The notes under the pieces are model-generated. The model ran no database searches. It was not told the origin of the DNA and saw nothing but the letters and a program-made list of their open reading frames with translations. DNA of 63,786 nt, counting the filler, from Atractiella rhizophila (Eukaryota): NCBI GenBank assembly GCA_021432655.1. It is 3 parts of 3 records of this genome, joined end to end, with 100 filler letters (N's around TTAATTAATTAA, not from the genome) between each part and the next. Parts side by side here need not be neighbours in the genome. Positions count along the whole stretch, not along the records: positions 21,533 to 42,886 come from MU271826.1; 2 more parts are not named here. One strand, given 5' to 3'. Shown in pieces: positions 22,204-35,224 of this stretch (positions are counted from its first letter, which is position 1; every line of letters begins with the position of its first letter). The position numbers and the translations under genes were made by a program.

Positions 22204-25135
22204 TTAAGCAGATGAAACGTCATGGTGAACGTCCAAGAGAATTCGCAATGCATTCCGTGCTCGTATCCGCGACAGTTCATCGAACGAAGGAGCAATCTTG
22301 GTGACCTGAACATCTCCCGGATACTGCATGATCTCATTAGATTGACTTGCACTTCATCTCTGCAAGCAGGAGAACTGACCGGAATAAATTTATGAAGGTA
22401 TTCGTAGGCGACCAATGTCTTTGGCCAGTATCAGTATCAACTTTGGAGGGAGAGAGATCTAAGCTTACGACTCCAAACTGCGTGAGACATCCAAGTTAGT
22501 ATGTGCGAGGGAACGGTAAGCAACGAAGACTAACCTGGGGACTGCTCCTAACTACACGAGCAATACCGCCTTTATAAAACGCTTTAAATCCCTCTTCTTG
22601 ATCTGTTCATTCAATCAGCTTCATCACATAGATGAAGAACGCGAAGTGGGACAGACATATTTTGGCAAAGGCGTCCATTATACCTTTGTAGTTGGTCTCT
22701 CCCTTTCTCGCTTCCGTTTGCAACCTCGTCTTGACAACATCAGCCTGTTTTATTTCACCTTATCAGTGAAATAGCTTTGCAAGAACAAGGAGGGCCAAAC
22801 CGGAGTTGTGAGATATGCAGCTGGCATTCCAGCGATACCAGCAGATATAAGTGTTTCGCCAAAACCCAGCTTCTTTCCGTTGTGTCCTTCTTTGAAGACA
22901 TCTTTTTTGAGATGGGCATATGCAGGGAAGTAGATAGCGCTTTATGACGAGGTCACGATAGAATCTTGTCTAGGTGTGAGAAAGACGAACCTGAACGGAA
23001 TATCACGAAGCAAACACGCTCCTGCTCCTTTATACAACCCAAATAAACCCAATTGTTTAATAATGTGCCCTGCACCATGAGCTACGGCCGTGCCTCCCTT
23101 CTTCGCCATCTCTCCTTGCATTTGTAACCTGATTTTCACAATCTCCAAAGGGTTGGTAAAGACCTACTCACGACCCTTGGTTAGCATGAGACACAGGGGA
23201 AGAAAGGAGCGAAAGAGAGGTAAACAAACACGCACGACTTGACAACCTCCTGCTCCACCACCGGCAATCAGCTCCCACCCTAGTCCAATATTTCCTGTGA
23301 CAGGATCCCTGGCTTTTCCCCTAATCAGATCGTTGACCGTCAACTTGATTGCTTTCTCCGGTGCGACTCCCTATACATGGAGCGACATGTGCTTAGTCCC
23401 AAGACCGAAGGTTGAAGGGAGAGTACCTACCACCAATTGGGGGGGAAGACCGCGGTAAAAGCCCCGTAAGCCTTCGTTTTTGTACACCTTCTTGGCACAA
23501 TCCAAACTATTCTTATACAGCAGCTCTCCCACCACTTTGCTCCTCTGGTTCTGCATCCTAGTCTTAACCAGATCGATAGGATACACGAAAGTGGCACCGA
23601 TACCACCAGCAATTCCACCAAGTCCGAAATTGTAGGCACTGCGGAGGATATCATTTATAACGCCACTGGTCGGCGTGATTCCTTCAGGGATAGGACGGTT
23701 CCATTTGGCATCGATGAGATGGGCGAAGTCGGTCAACGCAAGTCGTTTAGCAGGATCCCCAAAGGAGGCAAAGTGGAAGACGATGCGAGCTTCGAGGGGA
23801 GAGAAGGAGCCGTAGCGCGTGGATTGGGAAGCGATGGTTTGGAAGTCGGCGAGGGAGATCTTGCCGTCTTTCGATTTTGCGCAGCCTTCCCGGATGACGG
23901 ATTCGACAAGGTCCATATCTCGGATCACCTATATACAAGACTCAATTCGGGGTAGAGCAGGAGGCACAGTGGTAGATGCGCTCGCGAGAGAACAAAATGA
24001 AGGACAAACGAACATTGTGGAAAGCTCTTGCTTCTGAGTACGAAATCTTGCCTGAGGCCGACAGATTGCACAGCGTCGTGAGTTGGTCCACGATCTCTTC
24101 TGACAGCTTGTGCTTCACCAAGTCAATCACGATTCGTTTGAAGTCTTCCGCTTTGATGTATCCGTCCTCGTCTTTGTCAAAGTATTGGAAAGCTTGACGC
24201 AGCCGCTCGCCTTGGAGACCTTTCATTAGTTGTGTGAATTCACTGTTGTGCGGCACCGCCAGTATCAGAGACATTTTCTTGGTCATGCAGATAGCAAGAC
24301 ATATTGACGTACTTATACCCCAGCACATGCTCTCCCGTTCCATGTTTCTTCCCCAAGTACAGCTTCAGCCAAGGGCTCCCAAAGTCAAAAGGAAAAGCAT
24401 CCTTCTTCTCCAGCATCTGCGCATAAACTCTCTGGAACTCCTCAAAACTGACGCTTCCATTCCCGTCGAGGTCAAAAAATCGAAAAGCAACTTGGAACTC
24501 GGCATCTGGCTGCTTGAGGAGAGTCTCGAAACGCACGAACTCTTCGAACGATAGTCGATTGGGAGATTTCGGAGAGGCGACTCGGAAGAGGAGCGCGAAC
24601 TGACGTCGGGTTATGGAGGTGAAATCTGTGGGTGGGGCGATGGCATCAACAAAGCCCTCCTGATCCAGGTATCTGCAGAAAACACACTATTAGAATACAG
24701 GCATGTGGACTTGCAGAAAACGGTGTCGGTAGGAGCAGAGAGAAGTGTTAACGAGCACTTGATGAGACATCACTCGTACAGCTTGTCCAACTAAATAGTT
24801 GCCAATGTAGGTATCCTGTGCAGGCTACATCCGCAAGTGCCACGGTCATCTCTACTGCGAGCAGGTTCAAAACTTCAGTGGGAGTTGTAGATTGGTAGTC
24901 ACACCTCCGACCCCTCGGTTTCTGACTGCTGGACGTGAAGCCAGAAAAAGACCCAGCATCAAGCAACCCGACTACCGGACATCGCTTCCACTCCTTCTCG
25001 TGTCCTCCCGAGTAAAAAAGCAGATACATACTTAACCCCATCCTTGTCCGTCTTCGCATGAGCCTCGAACGTCTTCCCGAACTTCTCTTCGTCGGTAGAG
25101 GAGGAGGTAATGAGAGGGATCGCAGCGGCCGACAT
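22204..25135 (-). CDS. AGC1: Mitochondrial aspartate/glutamate carrier with N-terminal EF-hands (Aralar/citrin-like)
   Basis: EF-hands FDLDGNG and [17 protein letters not shown]; carrier signatures [34 protein letters not shown]-terminal [15 protein letters not shown]. Exact 3' end slightly uncertain. Confidence 0.93.
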
Positions 25136-25547
25136 TTCTGCTGGTTTGGTATTACTTTTGGGTAAAAGAGGGTCGTATTAATTTCTATCACGATATTATC
25201 TATGGAAGGGGTCGGACGGAACCTGACAGAGCTGTGGAGAGTGGAGGCTATCAGAGAGTTTTGCTGGACTTGGTGGCACCGGGAAGCGCCGAAGATTTGC
25301 AAATAAGACCTTCCAGAAAAGGAAGCTGCATAACGCCGGCGCTGATCTTCACCATCTCTGGGATCACCAAGATCTAGAGATGTCCAGGCAGATTTGATCA
25401 GATTTGACGCAAATTCGATGAGTCTTCAGGAGTTGGTTTCTGTATTCTCACTGTCAGCAATCGATTTTGACGAAGTCATAGTGCAGTACAACACCTGCAC
25501 GAGTTGTGCCCAGATGGCAGATGTGATTTGGCGACTTTGGAACGTCC

Positions 25548-26528
25548 NNNNNNNNNNNNNNNNNNNNNNNNNNNNNNNNNNNNNNNNNNNNNNNNNNNNN
25601 NNNNNNNNNNNNNNNNNNNNNNNNNNNNNNNNNNNNNNNNNNNNNNNNNNNNNNNNNNNNNNNNNNNNNNNNNNNNNNNNNNNNNNNNNNNNNNNNNNNN
25701 NNNNNNNNNNNNNNNNNNNNNNNNNNNNNNNNNNNNNNNNNNNNNNNNNNNNNNNNNNNNNNNNNNNNNNNNNNNNNNNNNNNNNNNNNNNNNNNNNNNN
25801 NNNNNNNNNNNNNNNNNNNNNNNNNNNNNNNNNNNNNNNNNNNNNNNNNNNNNNNNNNNNNNNNNNNNNNNNNNNNNNNNNNNNNNNNNNNNNNNNNNNN
25901 NNNNNNNNNNNNNNNNNNNNNNNNNNNNNNNNNNNNNNNNNNNNNNNNNNNNNNNNNNNNNNNNNNNNNNNNNNNNNNNNNNNNNNNNNNNNNNNNNNNN
26001 NNNNNNNNNNNNNNNNNNNNNNNNNNNNNNNNNNNNNNNNNNNNNNNNNNNNNNNNNNNNNNNNNNNNNNNNNNNNNNNNNNNNNNNNNNNNNNNNNNNN
26101 NNNNNNNNNNNNNNNNNNNNNNNNNNNNNNNNNNNNNNNNNNNNNNNNNNNNNNNNNNNNNNNNNNNNNNNNNNNNNNNNNNNNNNNNNNNNNNNNNNNN
26201 NNNNNNNNNNNNNNNNNNNNNNNNNNNNNNNNNNNNNNNNNNNNNNNNNNNNNNNNNNNNNNNNNNNNNNNNNNNNNNNNNNNNNNNNNNNNNNNNNNNN
26301 NNNNNNNNNNNNNNNNNNNNNNNNNNNNNNNNNNNNNNNNNNNNNNNNNNNNNNNNNNNNNNNNNNNNNNNNNNNNNNNNNNNNNNNNNNNNNNNNNNNN
26401 NNNNNNNNNNNNNNNNNNNNNNNNNNNNNNNNNNNNNNNNNNNNNNNNNNNNNNNNNNNNNNNNNNNNNNNNNNNNNNNNNNNNNNNNNNNNNNNNNNNN
26501 NNNNNNNNNNNNNNNNNNNNNNNNNNNN
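25548..26528. other. Assembly gap (N run)
   Basis: About 980 N. Confidence 0.99.
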
Positions 26529-29138
26529 CGTCTCACTCTTTTGGATGGTAAACTACTGGTAAGTCTCTAGCCTGATTCAAACAGGAGAGGTAATCGCGTA
26601 CAGGGTCTGTTCGTTCCGTTCTTTAAAGTGGACGTCGAAGCCGTACAAGTTACCGTGCTTTTTACTGCTTCGGTATTGGCGCTCTGAAAGCTCCCAGCGA
26701 GCCAAGAAAAGTACTATACTGTTAGAAGATCCCCTGGTTCTCACGTCTTTTCCAAAGATTCGAGCAGCACGCTGTCACTCATTCCCTCCAACGGCTGCAT
26801 ATCGAACGCCAAGCCACACAAGGACACGTCAAAGAAAACAACAATTGTTTTAACCGCAACCTTTTTGCGAATGCCGTAAAAACATTTGGCATCTCGATTT
26901 TCAAGTTGATCTCGCTCCCCGAACTCGTTGACCCCTAGATACCTGGTACTGTGACTTTAAATATGGGTGGCATCTTTATTCGGTATTCCACTTTCAGCCC
27001 CTAGAACAAGATATGCAGATAAATAGTCGTGGCTACCTTGAGAGTTGGGATTGAATAATGAAGGGGTTAAGCATTTTGAAGTCTAGGGTTAGTTCTCCAC
27101 CTCTCCAACAAAGGGGGACTGCGCTGGGGTAAAAGGAGTCCCGTGTACCTAATCAGTTGACAGCACGAACTCGACTGCGTACCAGATTGTTGGAACTTCA
27201 CGAGAGTCTCTACATAGTGGAAGCAGGGACAGAACAGTTCCAAGACGGGAAGGGCGACAAGGAGGTTGCAAAAAATAGGTCTAAAGTTCACTATCTAGAG
27301 TCGAGCTCGAGGCAGCAGGGGACGAAAGCAATTGGAACACCTATAGAGGTTGGGACAGATCGTTTAACTAAAATCGCTCTAACACCAGTCTCACTGGCCA
27401 TCACTGTGGTACGTGGGTACAAAATGCCGGGCCTTAGGGACACATCTAAACCAGCCTTCGACCTAACCCTATACACCCGGACCCGTTAGATAGAAGTTTA
27501 AGCAGCCAAGTGCTGACTTCATGACTCCCCGTCGCGCAAGATGCCGGTTGGTCGTAATATAATACAGCGGAAGATCTTGCGGCGAGCTTCGCAGAAGGGC
27601 TGGTGTAAGGACGTCGTCGAACGGGTTCTCGCAGGAACGGTAACGCCATTGCCGATGTGGAAGGACATTGTCATCTTTCCTTTACGTAAGCTAATTCGCA
27701 GCATTACGTAAATGAGCGTGGGAGTGAATCTTGCAATTTTGGAAGACAGCGGAGGAAGGTTGGCTTTTGGACAACAATAGTTATACAGCGTTTATTCACC
27801 TTTAGACCAACCTTGTCGAACCTTACGCAGACCTTATTTATAGCGTTTGCGTTAGGATCAGAAGAGGAGCTGGGTGACACACCAGCCGCGAACGGAGGAC
27901 CTGAGCATGGTACCTGGCTGCTTACACATAGGAAACTCAAGTGATGACAGGGTTCGGAGTCCGGTGAGTGTCCAATCTTGACATCTACTGACGTGTGCAA
28001 CGCTCACAGAAGTAAAAGTAGAAAGAAGAGCAATTCAGGTTCAGTACGCGGTTAGTCTCTAATTTTCCTTTACCAATTTTCCAATTGATGCAAACGAGAC
28101 AGGACACATCTCGAGAACCTCAAAAGCGCGCCTGAAAAAAGAGGGCTAAGTAACGGCCGCAAAAAACATGTCGGTAGGCATCCACAACATTTTTGGGCAT
28201 TGTCTTTGTGTACCACCTCACCAACCTCTGTCTTATGTATCCCAAAAACAAAATTTGTATCTTTACGACCTGACGTTCACTCGAGCGGACTCCTTTGTTT
28301 TGGCTTTACTTTACTTTTAATAGCAATTTTAAATCAAGTTTCGTTATAAGTAGACTAACTGCGCCATACGAAGACAATGGCAGAAGGCACGATGTGAAAT
28401 TCTCAATTCTCACTATTTCCCAAAAGAAGCGGTTCAACCATGATGTAACTGGATTGACTCAACATCGTTCCCGTGCTGTTACGCATAGGCTATTGCTTCA
28501 AAAAACGCGAATTCATGTATTGTGATATCAATCTCATACAAAGACAGTATTACTCTTCCACAAAACCATTATCTCAGAAGTTTGAACTGCTTACATCATG
28601 CAGGGAATGCCACGCGTGTTGTCCAGCCGGGTAGCTTGGGGAAGGTACGAATATCGTGTTAAATTGTACCAAATCAATTCCTCTTCGTATATCTACTTTC
28701 GGAGAACTTTACTGGGCGAAAGGGTAGTCCGTGACGCGTCGAATGCGCGTAGATTGATAAGGGGGATGTCAGATCCGTCAGGACAAATTTCGGGGATGTA
28801 AATCGCGTCGGAAGGTTGAATATGCTTTAGTAGATTTAGTAGGCATCGTAGGTTTGGAATAATAGAATAGCAAAACTTGACTGAATTGACAAAGGCATGT
28901 CTGTGCTCAATTGCTATTGCTCACAGCGCAAGGTTTCGCACACGTGACCACTTACCCTTTTTGGAGGTTGTGCGTTTCAAGCCTTATTTTCCATATCTTC
29001 GACTTATCCATAAGTTCCTGTGTCAAAAGGCATTGCCGCATTTGGTACAACACGGTGCGCTCCATGTATATAAATGCGGGAATCTATCTTTAACACTGAA
29101 GCAGTTTGAAGTTCAGCTGTAAGGTCAAGTTAACAGCC

Positions 29139-29595
29139 ATGCCTCGCGGTCCATCCTTCTCAATTCCATCCCCATTTTCACCTCTGTTCCTCCTCATCGG
29201 ATCTCTCGAAAGCTTACTTGTTGCGACCACTTACCCTCCCGTGGAGTGGATGGCCATCTTCCGTCGTACGCTGGAGGCCAACATTGTTCCGTCTGTCTTT
29301 CTAAACTTCCTTGGTCACTTAGCGCTCAAACCGTTTCGTCCTTCTTCCAGCAATCTTTTGACCTATGTATGGTGGTTTATGGCCATTGTGCATGTCATAG
29401 AAGCAGTTTCTATGTGGAATAAATGTGCGCAGGCTGGAATACGAGGCAGCGAAAAGGTGCTTTCTCTTGTTCCATCCCATTATTTGGCGCTGAATCAATG
29501 TACAGGTTAAATGGACCGTAGGAGTACTAGCGATGGGTGTAGTCTTCCATGACCACTATGATAAACTCGCAGTCAGGAACAAACGAATTTCCTGA
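29139..29595 (+). CDS. Small membrane protein, TMEM254/DUF4499-like
   Basis: …VWWFMAIVHVIEAVSMWNKCAQAGIRGSEK|VKWTVGVLAMGVVFHDHYDKL…; H-x2-E…C…G…W pattern; TATAAA about 70 nt upstream. Confidence 0.7.
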
Positions 29596-30752
29596 GTTCT
29601 GTTGTACTTCGTATACCAAACTACCACCAGGCACGTAGAGCAAGTAATTATCATGCATTCCGGACGCAGATGTCTCTCCCCCACATTCACTTCTCCATCC
29701 TTACCACTTTTGCTCCTTCATTCTTGACTTACTTGCGCCTCTTCCTCGAGCTATTTGCCGTCAACCTGCACGTCTTCCACTCATCCTTCTAGCCTTGCAT
29801 TTTGCCCCATTTGTTATGCCACCGGAAGCAACGCACCAATCCGGTTTATACTGAAAAGCGGCCGTCAGTAATTGACACAATATTAAAGTTCCACCATAAA
29901 TCCAAGGGCCAGTGGAGGCCAATGTGGCATGGATAGCCCTCGACGAGGACTACAAGGGACGGATAGCGTCGGAGCCGGAAGAATGTTCTGAGGGATAGCC
30001 GCGACTTTGGGAGGAGGGTATTACATCCGCTGATTTGTGGGTTGCAAAGGAGAGTCGGTGGAGGTAAGTGACTCCGTGGGGTCGTAGACTCAGGTTAGTA
30101 CTCTCCCATCGCTGATTGGAGCAGGTAAGGTCTCACGAGATCAGGGTTCCGGAGTTTATCGCCATCTGTACCATCAATCCCGATCTTCTACCTGTGCTGT
30201 CAATCGGAAATCCAAACAGACATCGAACCCATGTGGACTGACGGTTGTAGGGTTCATCTCGTCACTTTTCTGGCTCGCTGGCTCGCCTATGTCGTGCTAG
30301 CCATCGATTGTAGCCGTTTTATTCGTTCCTTGGGCCGAAAATGCAGAAATGAGGTTCTTTAGGCCGCCTGACACTGAGATAGGTGAGGATGAGAAAGTCG
30401 GGACCATTTCCTTTCCTGAACGTTTCGAATCCCAATTATAGTCTGTGAAAGTGACATCTGCCCTCATTTGCTATCGAAGGACAGTTTACCATGACGGAAT
30501 GATTAACCCGTATCCTGAGTTAGGGTGTTTCCAGAATTCAACGAAGGTCACTCGTAGTTTTGCCCGATATTGAGCTCAGGAAGTTCACACAAGCATGATT
30601 GTTCATTCCATCGAGCCTCGCAAACAAGTGGGGAGAAGGTTATTGTTCCGGAGAAAGATTCTCCTTCGACAGTCACATAAAGGCTCCACAATCCTGCTTC
30701 AGTCCCTAACGGCTCTAAACCTGACCTCCGCAGAAGCTTTCTTTATGATAAA

Positions 30753-31277
30753 ATGGAGTATGTATTCATTGCTTCCAATCACGCAACCGGACGCAGCCTG
30801 ACATCGAATAGGCAGAGCTGTAAGCTCCACGTCGGCAACCTGCCATACACACTATCGCATGACACCTTGCGTCAAATTTTTGCGCCTTATGGGGCACTCA
30901 GCGACGCTGTGATCATGCCTAGCAGGGAAGACGCGACAAAGTCAGGAGGGTATGCCTTTGTCACATTCCGAAATGTGACGGATGCCCTTCGTGCGCGTAT
31001 GTTTTTACATTATGTCACGTTGATGCGAGGTTCTCATTATTTGGATAGGCGACGCCTTAAACGGCACTTTGATTGTATGTATCTCCCTTTCTAGCCCTAT
31101 TCCGGGCTCAAAAGTTCAATTTCTCTCTAGGGAGAGCCGAAGGGTACGCCGCCTTCTTACTTTCCTGCACATCTCAACTGTCTGTAGAGAAAGCACGGGT
31201 TATGACGGTGGAAGTTGCAGTACGACGCTCGTAATAGCTATGTGACGGTGTTGAACAGGTCAAGAAGCAGGGCTGAG
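30753..31277 (+). CDS. Small single-RRM RNA-binding protein, multi-exon; 3' end uncertain
   Basis: RNP2 KLHVGNLP, RNP1 GGYAFVTF, then spliced RDALNGTLI. Confidence 0.75.
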
Positions 31278-33353
31278 AATGTGTAAAGCTTCCAGGAAGA
31301 CGGATATGCCCCCAGGATATTTTGTTTATTTCGTGTTAGTACCATTTGTTACATTTAAATCATACAAGTATAGCAATCTTCTATGACAAGCAATGAGAAC
31401 TGAGTGAAGGTTTAGCTCATGCTACTCCAGCAGCCAAAGACATTCAACGCAACCTGACAGCGCAGCCGCAGACTACTTCATTGCTTCCATCATTTGAGCA
31501 AGAGTGAGGAGCTAGTTACTCCTGAACCCTGCAAGCTGCAGCTGAAAGCATTGAAGCATTTGTCGCACTACTATGCAGTAGACCCATAACAGCAGACTGA
31601 AGCGGCGCACCTAGACAAAATGACATGGACCGCCTTGAGCAACTAGTAAGACTAACTAGCCAAGGAGCTCGTGAAACCTAAAAGTCAAGGAGACTCGTTC
31701 CCAACCTTTACACGTTTCTTGGATATCCTATAGCTCTTCTTGTCCGAAAGGTTAGGTTGAACGCTTGAAGGGAGCAAGTGCGGAGAGAGCTAGAGGTAGG
31801 AAGGATGGTTGCCTGTATCACATTACGAACGCTCTACGAGCCACGAGGTCGTCGCAGTGGCAGAATTGATTCAACTGAAGGTATTAATGTAACACTAAAT
31901 TTCCTTTGGTCTACTACCGACTACAGAATGCCAAAATGGACTGTCGCTTCCGAAAAGATCACACCAACAACCAATTCGATGTTTCTGTTCGTTATATAGG
32001 TGAGAAGATACGCTTTGCATTTTTCAGCATTTAGTTTCACTTTCGGGTTCATTACTTTCAGCATCCAGCATAATAGACGACGTTCTTCTCGTGGTTCCCC
32101 GAAAACCTTAGAGAATCGAGAATCGACTGACTGTGTCATCAAGCGTCCTGACTCAACAAACCTTTATTGACGTTCACACCTGTGACTAATGGAAACGGGG
32201 AGGAAAGCAAGGCTTTGAATGTGCGTCCACATTGAAGGTATTGTAAATGAAGGTGTGTTTTGTTGCATTTTGATGGAGAAGCATGCAATGTTCACAATAT
32301 ATACTCCTATCAATCGGACTGGTTGATGATGGCTTCCCTCAGAGGTCCAGTCGTTTGTTGGTACTCCCTGCGATTTGAAGTTACTGTCACGTCTCGCGAA
32401 CACCCATCGCAAAAGTGGGAACAAACCCTCATTGACAGATTGGACATAATTGATGCAGACGCGCAGTGCCATGCTGGGCTATTATATAACTTAGCATGTT
32501 TCAGATGAAGAAAAATGCCTGATAGAAACAGTTAAAGCCCAGAAATTCGTCAGTATCCAGTGACCCAGTACTTGAATAGATGAGACGCTGGATCCTTTTG
32601 AAACGCTCTTGTGTGCTGCATAATGTGAAGTCTCTAATGGACCTGTCTCGTCGACACCATCTTGTACATTTGTAACTGGCTTACTTAAGGTGCCTCTAGA
32701 ATACTAAAACGGAAAATTGCTTGAAAACTTGGGCAGAAAAAGAAGCCCGTCTCAGTCTCGATTGAACCTTGATGGGACTGCACCTTCTCTTCCTCCTCTG
32801 AAGTCGATTTATATTGGTCTTCAAGATGAATTCAAGGCAAACTGCGCTCTTCGCTTGCTCAAGGGAAGCGAAGAACCATTTCAGAGCCCATGTTTTCACC
32901 GTCGAGAGCAGCGGGATGCTGATTTCATTCAGCAACTATTATTTACCAGAAACGCAGAGATATGGTGATGCTGGAATGCTGATTAAAATGCTAACATGCG
33001 GGGAGAAAGAAAATGTGTGCAAAGTTTCCACGTATACGGAACCTAGTTTCTTTCTCCCTTGTTCCGTAACAATCGCTTTCTCGCTTCAAAAACGAGGAGG
33101 GCACAGCTTGCCTTCGTCAATCGAAGTTTCCTGGTTTGCGTGACTGCTCAAACGATTCTCCTGTGGTAAGTACTATGGCCTTGATGCCAACAACGAGATC
33201 TTGTTGTTGATGGCGCTCAACAATAACAGCAGGATACCAGAACAAGTTGGTCTCAGCTTAACGCCGCCAATAAAACACCAACACTGTTCAATCGATCTGC
33301 CATTTCACTTCAGGCCTTTGCTTACCGTCAGAACGCTTTCCGCAATCCCAATC

Positions 33354-34033
33354 ATGGAGTCTTCTGGCAGAGCGGTAGGGCGAACAAGACTCCTTGAACC
33401 AGTCAAAAAGCTCCCGAAGCCTTACACCGATATGTTTGGATACTATTTCGTTGAGCGCGATCACCACCCCGACCTCCCCTCGAACCCTGTGTTCCATACC
33501 TCCTTCCCTGGCGTCTATGACTATTTCGTCACTATCGAATATTGGATCGGAAGCAGGCGTCAGCTAGCCAGCCCTCAACTAAAGAGGTTCGTTTCTATCT
33601 AGCTCTTGCAGCATGAGAACTGATTGTCGTGTGTTCAGAATTCAAGCTGAGCTGGAAGAACACCCGATTCCATTGCCTTTCAATTACGATAGTACGCGCT
33701 ATTTCATATCTCTGCTGACGCTGACGAATTCTTGAAGAGCACGCGAGCGTCCAGAAAGTCTCTGAGGAGCAATCCGAAACCTCCGAGCTCGCTGAAGAAA
33801 ATTCTGAAAGCAATTCTGAGGAGAACTCTGAGGAGAACTCTGAGGAGAACTCTGAAGAAAACTCTGAAGGAAACTTTGAAGAGAACTCTGAAGGGAACTT
33901 TGAAGAACAGTCCGTCGACGCCGATTGGACGGACGAGGTGTTACAAGATGGGGAATCTGCTGCAACCAGCGAGGAGGAGCATTCAACCGATGAAACAAAC
34001 ACGGTGAAATCTTCCAGCGGCGATGAGCAATAA
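33354..34033 (+). CDS. Hypothetical protein with acidic (EENS)n C-terminal repeat
   Basis: ATG 33354 MESSGRAVGR…; later frame EENSESNSEENSEENSEENSEENSEGNFEENSEGNFEEQ…GDEQ*. Introns inferred. Confidence 0.5.
33793..33909 (+). repeat. 12-bp tandem repeat (GAGGAGAACTCT)n, about 9 copies
   Basis: Directly visible; period divisible by 3. Confidence 0.9.
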
Positions 34034-34411
34034 TATTGTATGTTCTTCGATTCATTTTTCTACATTCTACTTACCTATTTTTTAGGCTCAGGAAAGCTTG
34101 ATGTACTATTTAGGGCTTATGCCCTCGTCCTTTAGCGAATGTACTGTCCCTTCAAGTACTAGCATAACGTGGTCGCAATACAGATGTTGACGTACTCAAT
34201 AGGAACTAGTATTCTTGTTAAATCCTGATCCGCAACGACGAATGCAGTTTTACAGGTCTCGGTCTTATAAAGCATCGGATAAGTACACCAATGACTTTTG
34301 CGATGGTTGGAGATGATCCTTTTATACTCCCTTGGCCGGCCATCAATACTATCCTGTCAACATTCTGCAACTCCACTTTCCAATTTCAATCAGATATACG
34401 CGTGCTTGACA

Positions 34412-34868
34412 ATGACACCGGCTTTTTCCTTCCCCTCCATGACGCAGCCGATTGTCACTGCAAATTACTTCATTGCAGGCACGATCCTACTCCTCCAAAC
34501 CGCACCGCTTCCATCCATAGCTCAAATCAGTAGTAAACTGATACTCTCCACATCGTCGTGAGCAATCCGTCCTCCGGCTTTGAAGCACGGCGCAATCTGA
34601 CGGAGCTGAAAGAAATGTTTACGTATATCTATGGACATTTTACGGCTTTCTGCATGCTGTGGAAGGCTTGATAATGCTGAAAAAGTGTGTGGATAAAGGT
34701 GTCACTGGTGCTGAACGAGTATGCTCCCTCCTTTGTTCTGACCTGTTCAAGCAGGACAACGCATCCGGTGCTAAAATGGCTGAATAGGTGAAATGGTGTT
34801 TCTGGACGACGCTGTACGGTGCAGGATTTCATCAACACTTTGACAAGCTGGCAGCAAAGAAGGATTGA
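34412..34868 (+). CDS. Second TMEM254/DUF4499-like small membrane protein (paralog of 29139-29595)
   Basis: Spliced product MTPAFSFPS…LSTSS|NVYVYLWTFYGFLHAVEGLIMLKKCVDKGVTGAER|VKWCFWTTLYGAGFHQHFDKLAAKKD*. Last intron sits at the same position as in the paralog. Confidence 0.75.
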
Positions 34869-35224
34869 TGGAGAAAGCAGAACATTCAAGGTTTTATGTG
34901 CATCTAGTCGACATATTCAGAAATGCTGCCTTTTTCGAGATCAAGATACCAATAAATCTAAGGAGATGGGACCAAGTGGTGAAGATTAGTACACCATGAA
35001 CCATGTATAAAGAAAGGAGAGACAACCCAACAAATCCTGCAAGAAGCAAACAACATGACTTTCTGTTCCAAAACAACATCTGGAAATGAGACAACACATG
35101 AAATAGACACAACTGGGAGTACAGAGAAGGAAAACAACACGGAGGGAAGATCAAAGAAAAAAATTCATGAAGTAGTACAGGATGGGTCTCTTGAGACACT
35201 GGCTTTGTCTAAGAGGGAGAGGGT

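Noticed and set aside
25394..26562. Long ORFs of 350-385 aa (also 61160-61975)
   Set aside because: They consist almost entirely of translated Ns.
26529..28900. Possible transposon or gene in a 2.4-kb unassigned stretch
   Set aside because: I could not identify transposase or RT motifs, terminal repeats or a consistent spliced frame; left unannotated.
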